A stretch of DNA of 60,909 bases from a virus (Duplodnaviria > Caudoviricetes): positions 1 to 60,909 of the IMG/VR virus record IMGVR_UViG_3300020044_004119; one strand, written 5' to 3'. The notes under the pieces are model-generated. The model had not been told where the DNA came from. It searched no databases and saw only the letters and a program-made list of their open reading frames with translations. Position 1 is the stretch's first letter, and each line of letters begins with the position of its first letter. This document shows, in pieces, positions 55,701 to 60,909 of this stretch. The translations under genes were made by a program, and so were the position numbers.

Positions 55701-56943
55701 CAGTGATATTAGTGGTGGAGCATCTTTTGCAACTGCTAGTTTAGGTATTGCTTATACCAGGTACAGCCCACACGCAGCTATTAATGTAAAGATTGAGAAG
55801 CTACAACAAGAGTTAGATGAAGCTCAAAACAGCAATGATATCAAAGCTTATGAAAGAATTTCTAAAGAAGTCTCTGACCTCCACAGAAAAGCTTTTGGAA
55901 GGTCATTGTTTGAAACTCTGGGTTACAATGAAACAGGCTATAACACACAAGCTAAGTTTGAATTACCTAACAGTAATATGAAAAAGACTATGCAAGTGTT
56001 TGCATCTATTATTGGTTTAAGAGCTACTACTGATGCTGTCCGTATTGCTTCTTTGGCTTTTGCTTCTGATGCCGTTGTTACTAAACTCCAGTCATTGAGG
56101 GCTATCCCTGCAGAAGATCGCGTAGCAGTATTAACTACAGGTCGTGAATTAGATAATCAACAAGGCCAAGCTTTAAAAGAGCTTCAAGAATCTGGCATGG
56201 ATGTTTTAGGTGTTATAGAAGTATTAGACAATATGGAATCAATGAATCTTGATCCGTATGATTTCTTCTCTGAACAAAACTTAACTAAAGATGGTTACCC
56301 AGCAAACACACAAGCTAAGTTCTTACAGGAAAATATTCTCACAACTATTGGCAATATGACCGATGGTAAAATAGCTAACCCACAAGCTCACAACTTACCT
56401 AAGTACTATAATGACCCCCGATTACGTTTAATTACTGCAATGACTCGATTTGTGGCAGTTTTACATGCAACTGTACTACCAAAGCTATATAGAAACTATA
56501 TTCTAAATGGTGATGCAGGTATGAGATACCAAGCTTTTAGTGTTGTTACTATGTCTATTATGTTCTCATTATTAGCTAACATGCTTAAAGATGAGTTATC
56601 ATATGGCGAAGAAAACCCTTATATTAAAGGTAAAGTAGCTAACGCACAAAGAACACTATATGGTTCTGGTTTGTTAGGTCAGTATGAGAAATTAGTAGAT
56701 GGCGTTATGCCTCTGTATCCACAGAATAAACCTTCTGTATTGGATAATCCTGTAAAATGGTCTTATGAAACATTAAAAGATATTTCACCTGTTGTATCTT
56801 GGGCAGATAAACCTGTTCAAGGTGCATATAAATTAAGTCAAGGAGATACTGCAGGTGGTGTTGCTCAACTAGTTAGAGCCGCACCAGTTGTAGGTAGCTT
56901 CCCTATTGTAGCTAATAAAGCAAAAGAAGCTTTAAAGGAGTAA
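52762..56943 (+). CDS. Large internal virion protein with N-terminal SNase-like domain
   Basis: [20 protein letters not shown]...DPYGRVLA...GL. Confidence 0.65.
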   Translation: MSTLEEDAKLLAEAKKQQPGSPVTTIDNKPVGSPVKVIDPDTIRVGQESYRLRGFNAPETAKLQGGIFVPNQVADDTSQQDVNTIAALGGYTNLVTEGRDPYGRVLAKQTNRVGESLGDTLTALGLQRTNLHSTDEAVQKNATLGAISRVLPELTNADPMLRYAREAKEKAIADAGGNPLYIPKVNVYDEKMYAAFKNSTGIPAVKEEVEEVARLEKILKEEQLKPETRSNLQAKLEQSKQRLFLAATTPDVVGGTLVRNSDRNIMNQAHDQFDTTLHRAALDMYKGLGGMLQLSGDKAEWDWLSTKGQEMVRETKMKQDNLADTLTSFKDIRTNDPWTAIKDTATYSTNLIAGTLPSMALLLASTAATGGTNLPALAAYGLSTVPPALMYSGSFYADQPDDKKNADLALVLGLGSAVLDRVGLDGMMMSGNILTKSGREEVSNALIKAGKAANVQEAMSLIEEATKRELVGMSKAGAALAKSQYASSEAALRGLGKLTTASGGEAVTESAQQYLEMMATTGVFNTDIQYERNFYQNLMDAAIGGGTMGGMFNSVGQLKDAAQWQSLSNAKEVYNQQLTEEQTFNNDQLLRIREGDPTAYASTVEMARGVKSQPTNAPVPELKSLPALEGAWNGFKSIITDPGRLLRQLSDTAIPSITKEDGTFKTNLAYLKSIIGGKGILPGDNYAGFKQRLMGSWSGNTAEELASNLGTNVSNANRMAKEAWQNYWSKNQELPQTTRESIELQNWKNNLDTVMNKMKTEVSRFNTTSSDLDSVNPLFESSTIHPATLNRNREAVIATMVANGSTRRQAQEALENVVSGNPDKAKPARDWMSKYGVFNDPRLNNVFETNLFNSMENLKENVANRIAHEVFLGENGKVLSKLLTQAKANGEFESEQEYMDTVKNVRDWYDIVTGQYNPLTKYPKLEKMLGWGTTLTMLASLGKAAISSQAEVAMSTLGTNGDQVKNQLALYAKTLASELRSDISGGASFATASLGIAYTRYSPHAAINVKIEKLQQELDEAQNSNDIKAYERISKEVSDLHRKAFGRSLFETLGYNETGYNTQAKFELPNSNMKKTMQVFASIIGLRATTDAVRIASLAFASDAVVTKLQSLRAIPAEDRVAVLTTGRELDNQQGQALKELQESGMDVLGVIEVLDNMESMNLDPYDFFSEQNLTKDGYPANTQAKFLQENILTTIGNMTDGKIANPQAHNLPKYYNDPRLRLITAMTRFVAVLHATVLPKLYRNYILNGDAGMRYQAFSVVTMSIMFSLLANMLKDELSYGEENPYIKGKVANAQRTLYGSGLLGQYEKLVDGVMPLYPQNKPSVLDNPVKWSYETLKDISPVVSWADKPVQGAYKLSQGDTAGGVAQLVRAAPVVGSFPIVANKAKEALKE

Positions 56944-56949
56944 ATATAA

Positions 56950-59900
56950 ATGGCAACATCAACTAAAGTCGCACCTTTAGGTAGCCCAAAATCTGGTCTT
57001 TCATTAGATCAAATGTTAGCATTGCAAGGGCAAACTACAGCGGCTATGGGCACTGTACCATCGCCTGTAGAAGACCCAAGAGCTACTGTACAAGCTACAG
57101 TAGAGCAGTATATGCCAAATCCAATGGCTATTCCACAACCAACAGCACCTTCAGAGGAAGTACTTGCAGCAACACCTACTATCCGGACGTATGAGGACAT
57201 TGCTCGTGCATCTGGATCCCAGTTTGGTGCTCGTCCAGTAGAGGAACCTGTATTAGATACTCAGGGTGACCCTGTTGTAGACCCTATGACTGGTATGCCT
57301 CAGATGAGAGCTATTACACCCGAAGACTATGCCAACCAGCAAGCTATTGAAAAAGCTTCTCAGCTAAACACAATGGAAGCTATGGAGGGTATGTCTCAAG
57401 ACCCTTATGGTCAAGCTAAAGATGCTACTTCTGCATTGTTGTCTGGTAAACAAGACTCAATGTTTAATGCTTCTGCAAGAGACATTTCTAAATCTTCTAT
57501 GGATGAAGATGAGATAGATCGTTATTCAGATAAAACTGCTACAGCACTAGCCACTATTGTATCTCAAACTAATGATGCCTTATTTACTGCTAATGCTCGT
57601 ATTAAAAGTGAAATGAAAGGTGCGGACGGTAGCTCTGTTCTTATTGCTGCTGGTCTTAAAGCTGCTGCTGAAGATGGCTTTAGCTCCCCAGAAGAATTAG
57701 CTGATTTAGGCTTAGTTTTTGGTGTTGCCTTAGCTAAGTCTGCCTCACAAGGTAAAGTAGAAAAGGGTGAGAAAGAAGGTACAGGTAAAGTAATGTCGGA
57801 GTCAGGTGCAACTATTGATGATGCTACCTATATGCTTGACTTTATTAACTCTGTTAAACACTTTGCAACCAACGGTTTAAACCGTATGGGCAAAAAGGTG
57901 TCACCTAAAGCTATTAATGAAATGGCTAAGGCTGTAGCTATGGACGCTATTGACCGTGGTGCTGTAAAAGTATTTCATATTGGTGACCGACCTGTAGTTC
58001 AAATGAGTCCTGCTATTAAAGATATTGCTCGTGACTTACAAATTGCCTCAGAAGCTTTGGTAGGCGACTACGGTCGTAGACGTTCTTCTTCTACACCTAA
58101 CCGTAGTGGTACCTCCTTTGCTGCTAACAGACCACAACTAACTAAACGTTCTATTAAGAAAGGTGATTTAGTTACTACTGCTGCAGAAGCTACTAAGGAC
58201 ATTCTTGGTTCAGTTGGTTTAATGTTTGGTGCTAAGGATATTCAATATAAAGAAATTGAATTAGGCTTAATTATGAGTCCTGAATACCTAGTTAAAGATG
58301 ATCAGGGTAAAGTTAAATTTAGTAACCATTGGGCGGCTAAGCGTTTAGGTGTAAGTGAAAAAGATTTCAATGCAGCTAAAATGAAAACAAAGCCTGAGAA
58401 AGACTTTAATCCTACAGACCCAGATGCTGTCAGACGCTTTGAAGCACAACAAGAATATCAAGCAACAGAGGTTATTAATAACAAACTAAAAACTATTGAG
58501 TTTGATATCAAGAATGCTAAGAATTCTTCCGGTATTCGCTACTCAGAATGGGTACACAGCTTATCTAACCAACGATTCTTCCCTAACAGCTTTGACGTAG
58601 ACTACATGGGTTCCAAGAATGCTACTCGTGATATGTTAGGTTTTGCTGTTAAAGAGTATGTAACTTCAGATATGTTGTTTGACCCACGTACAGTAGATAA
58701 CCTCAAGCAAAAAGCTATTGGTATTCTACATATGTCAGGTGACAAACAGAATGATGCTTTAGAAAAGTTAACTCCTTCTGAGCGAGGTGCTATTGGCACT
58801 ATGCTTAATGCGGTAATTGGTTATTACTCTGCTGTTGAAGGTTCTAATCCTGATATTGTTAAGGAGTCACCTTCTAGTATTGTTTCTAAATATACCGTAT
58901 CTATTGGTGATAAGCTAGCTGAAGCTGGTAGAGACTATAATGCTTTCCTTGCTGACCCAATGAATGCTTCTGATAACATTCAGGAGCTATTAGCAGGTAT
59001 GGAAAAAGGTGAATCTATGGGTTCTAAAAACCTGTGGGATGATATGTTTAATTTAAAGGCTGCTTCGCTTAAACCTGAAACACAACGTAAGCATATCCCA
59101 TTAACTCACCATGCTTTTGACGATGGTAATCAGAACGGTATCTTCTTACAGGCACTATTCTTTGGTAGTCCTGATAATGCTATTCGTCTGGGTACCTTTA
59201 ACCCTTCATTAGATGACATGCGTGAGTACGCAATGAATACCATGATTGCTAATCTGGAAGATAACTTAAAAGATAATGCTGATGCTAACGATGCTTTCAG
59301 AAATTTCTTTAAGGCTATTAAAGATAAGCAGGGTAAAGCTGCAATGGCAAAAGACTTCTTCAAGAAGCCACTAATGCAAAATGCTTATGGTAAAGATGCT
59401 AGTATGTTTGGTGATATGATGGTTGAGGTCTTAACTAACGTATACCCAGATGAAGCACAACAATACTTGTTGAACAGCGGTGTTTATAACCGTGATATTG
59501 ATAAAGCATCTACGGCTTTAAGTGATGCGCTAGAGAGTACTCTCAGAGAAGTTATTAATTCTAAATCAACTCAAGTATTAAAAGATATTGGTCGATACAC
59601 TGCTATTCTTAACCAAACAGTTATGATGCCAGGTATTACTGGTGACACTTATGTATTTACACCTGTAGAGGTTATGCCTATTAACAAAGCAAATGATAGT
59701 GGAGAAATTCTACCTATCAAACTTAATGATGGCACAACTGTAATGGTCAAATACAAAGCGTATGAGTCAGATACATTTGTTAATAGTGAAGGTCAAGAAG
59801 TAACTGTAGAGTCAAGTGCTATGGGGTATAGTCCTGCAGCAAGTAAAGGTGCTCAGTTAATTTATAACCAAAGAACTAAGAAGTACGATGTGTTTAACAA

Positions 59901-60744
59901 CGCCATTGGTACAAGCCAATCAAGACAAATGGTGGTTATGCCTATCCAGTCTATTGACGGGGACTTGGTTAAGTCAACAACGCTATCTGTGAATAAAAAT
60001 AGATCAACTCCAGTACCTATTATGTGGGTACACGATTCAGCTATTTCTACTCCCGGTGGTTCATTGTTGTATCGTAATGCTTATAATAATATTTCTATTC
60101 CTAAAGCTATTCCTCAAATTGCTAAGTTTGGAAATCAATTTGCAGCTGTTATTAAAGACAGTGAAGAATCGGTGTTCGATAAAGTAATGGAAAGAGGTCG
60201 TCCAGTAAGTATCGGTGATCAAGGGGACTTCCCTGCACTAGGTTCTTATTTAGATGAGCAGTTTGAAAGAGTACAAGATGACGGTGCTTACAAACAGATC
60301 TTTCTAAAAAGAGCTTATAACAACGAAACAACTTGGTTGAAGTACCAACAGAAGACTAACGCTATTCTTAAAGAAGCTGAAGACAATGGTTGGAAAGCGC
60401 CAAGAAGTATTCCTGATACGGCTAATATGACTGGTGAACAGATCAGGAGACACCTTGCAGTTACGCCAAAACAGTTTAAAAACTTAGTTAACCTTTCCAA
60501 AGAAATGTTAAAGCTAAGTGGCCCTTCAAATAGATTTGATTCTTGGGTACGTAACTTTGCAAGTAACGTCAATGACACTGCCTCTAAGTTAATGACTGCT
60601 GCTAAGAAAGACGGTATTGGTCAGATGACTTATGGCGCTACTGGTGAACGTGCTGGTATTACTAAGTCTAAAGCTATTGCTGAACAAATGGATATTAAAC
60701 GAGACGAAGAGTTCGTAGCTAAATACGAAAAAGCTTTTAAGTAA
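56950..60744 (+). CDS. Second, divergent single-subunit RNA polymerase; putative virion RNAP
   Basis: Motif A FDDGNQNG, motif B KDFFKKPLMQNAYG, PIQSIDG, motif C WVHDSA in canonical order. Confidence 0.8.
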   Translation: MATSTKVAPLGSPKSGLSLDQMLALQGQTTAAMGTVPSPVEDPRATVQATVEQYMPNPMAIPQPTAPSEEVLAATPTIRTYEDIARASGSQFGARPVEEPVLDTQGDPVVDPMTGMPQMRAITPEDYANQQAIEKASQLNTMEAMEGMSQDPYGQAKDATSALLSGKQDSMFNASARDISKSSMDEDEIDRYSDKTATALATIVSQTNDALFTANARIKSEMKGADGSSVLIAAGLKAAAEDGFSSPEELADLGLVFGVALAKSASQGKVEKGEKEGTGKVMSESGATIDDATYMLDFINSVKHFATNGLNRMGKKVSPKAINEMAKAVAMDAIDRGAVKVFHIGDRPVVQMSPAIKDIARDLQIASEALVGDYGRRRSSSTPNRSGTSFAANRPQLTKRSIKKGDLVTTAAEATKDILGSVGLMFGAKDIQYKEIELGLIMSPEYLVKDDQGKVKFSNHWAAKRLGVSEKDFNAAKMKTKPEKDFNPTDPDAVRRFEAQQEYQATEVINNKLKTIEFDIKNAKNSSGIRYSEWVHSLSNQRFFPNSFDVDYMGSKNATRDMLGFAVKEYVTSDMLFDPRTVDNLKQKAIGILHMSGDKQNDALEKLTPSERGAIGTMLNAVIGYYSAVEGSNPDIVKESPSSIVSKYTVSIGDKLAEAGRDYNAFLADPMNASDNIQELLAGMEKGESMGSKNLWDDMFNLKAASLKPETQRKHIPLTHHAFDDGNQNGIFLQALFFGSPDNAIRLGTFNPSLDDMREYAMNTMIANLEDNLKDNADANDAFRNFFKAIKDKQGKAAMAKDFFKKPLMQNAYGKDASMFGDMMVEVLTNVYPDEAQQYLLNSGVYNRDIDKASTALSDALESTLREVINSKSTQVLKDIGRYTAILNQTVMMPGITGDTYVFTPVEVMPINKANDSGEILPIKLNDGTTVMVKYKAYESDTFVNSEGQEVTVESSAMGYSPAASKGAQLIYNQRTKKYDVFNNAIGTSQSRQMVVMPIQSIDGDLVKSTTLSVNKNRSTPVPIMWVHDSAISTPGGSLLYRNAYNNISIPKAIPQIAKFGNQFAAVIKDSEESVFDKVMERGRPVSIGDQGDFPALGSYLDEQFERVQDDGAYKQIFLKRAYNNETTWLKYQQKTNAILKEAEDNGWKAPRSIPDTANMTGEQIRRHLAVTPKQFKNLVNLSKEMLKLSGPSNRFDSWVRNFASNVNDTASKLMTAAKKDGIGQMTYGATGERAGITKSKAIAEQMDIKRDEEFVAKYEKAFK

Positions 60745-60750
60745 GCAAAT

Positions 60751-60796
60751 AAAAACCCCTACTAGGATTATTCCTAATAGGGGTTATTTTTTTTTT
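60751..60796. terminator. Bidirectional terminator where the two arms converge
   Basis: A-run, AACCCCTA.TAGGA..TCCTA.TAGGGGTT, T10 run. Confidence 0.85.
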
Positions 60797-60852
60797 ATTT
60801 ACTTAGTTCTTTAATTTGGGACCGTACATCATCAGCTAACTTATCAGCCAAA

Positions 60853-60909
60853 GATAAAGCACTATTACTATCAATACCACGCTCAAGGTAAGACTCATAA
60901 TTCTCTCGG
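60853..60909. repeat. 57-bp direct repeat identical to 1-57
   Basis: Exact match. Confidence 0.95.

Noticed and set aside
1-60909. Stop-codon reassignment or lysogeny module
   Set aside because: Genes are intact in the standard code, no suppressor tRNA was seen, and no integrase or repressor was recognised

Overview
The window is an apparently complete, circularly assembled ~60.85 kb genome of a tailed, podovirus-like dsDNA phage. Positions 1-57 equal 60853-60909, and an ORF runs through that junction. No integrase or repressor was recognised, so a lytic lifestyle is likely. Two gene arms diverge from a control region at ~28.55-28.9 kb and converge on a terminator at ~60.75-60.80 kb. The minus arm carries small early genes, SSB, RNA and DNA ligases, nucleotide-pool enzymes, family A DNA polymerase, exonuclease, primase-helicase, a T7-type RNA polymerase, NrdA(-Grx)/NrdB, a tRNA cluster, a Tad2-like protein and Dps. 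The plus arm carries TerL, portal, scaffold, capsid, tail and receptor-binding cassettes, lysis genes, PhoH and ejection proteins. The most notable signal is that the last gene of the ejection-protein block (56950-60744) has all three catalytic motifs of a second, divergent single-subunit RNA polymerase, a probable virion-packaged RNAP. Related observations are a 162-nt tract with no T at the likely entry end, twin hairpins before early genes, nine copies of a phage-type promoter, an SNase-like domain on an ejection protein, a D-armless tRNA-like RNA and a PolA with an altered steric gate. All calls come from reading motifs by eye; no database searches were run.
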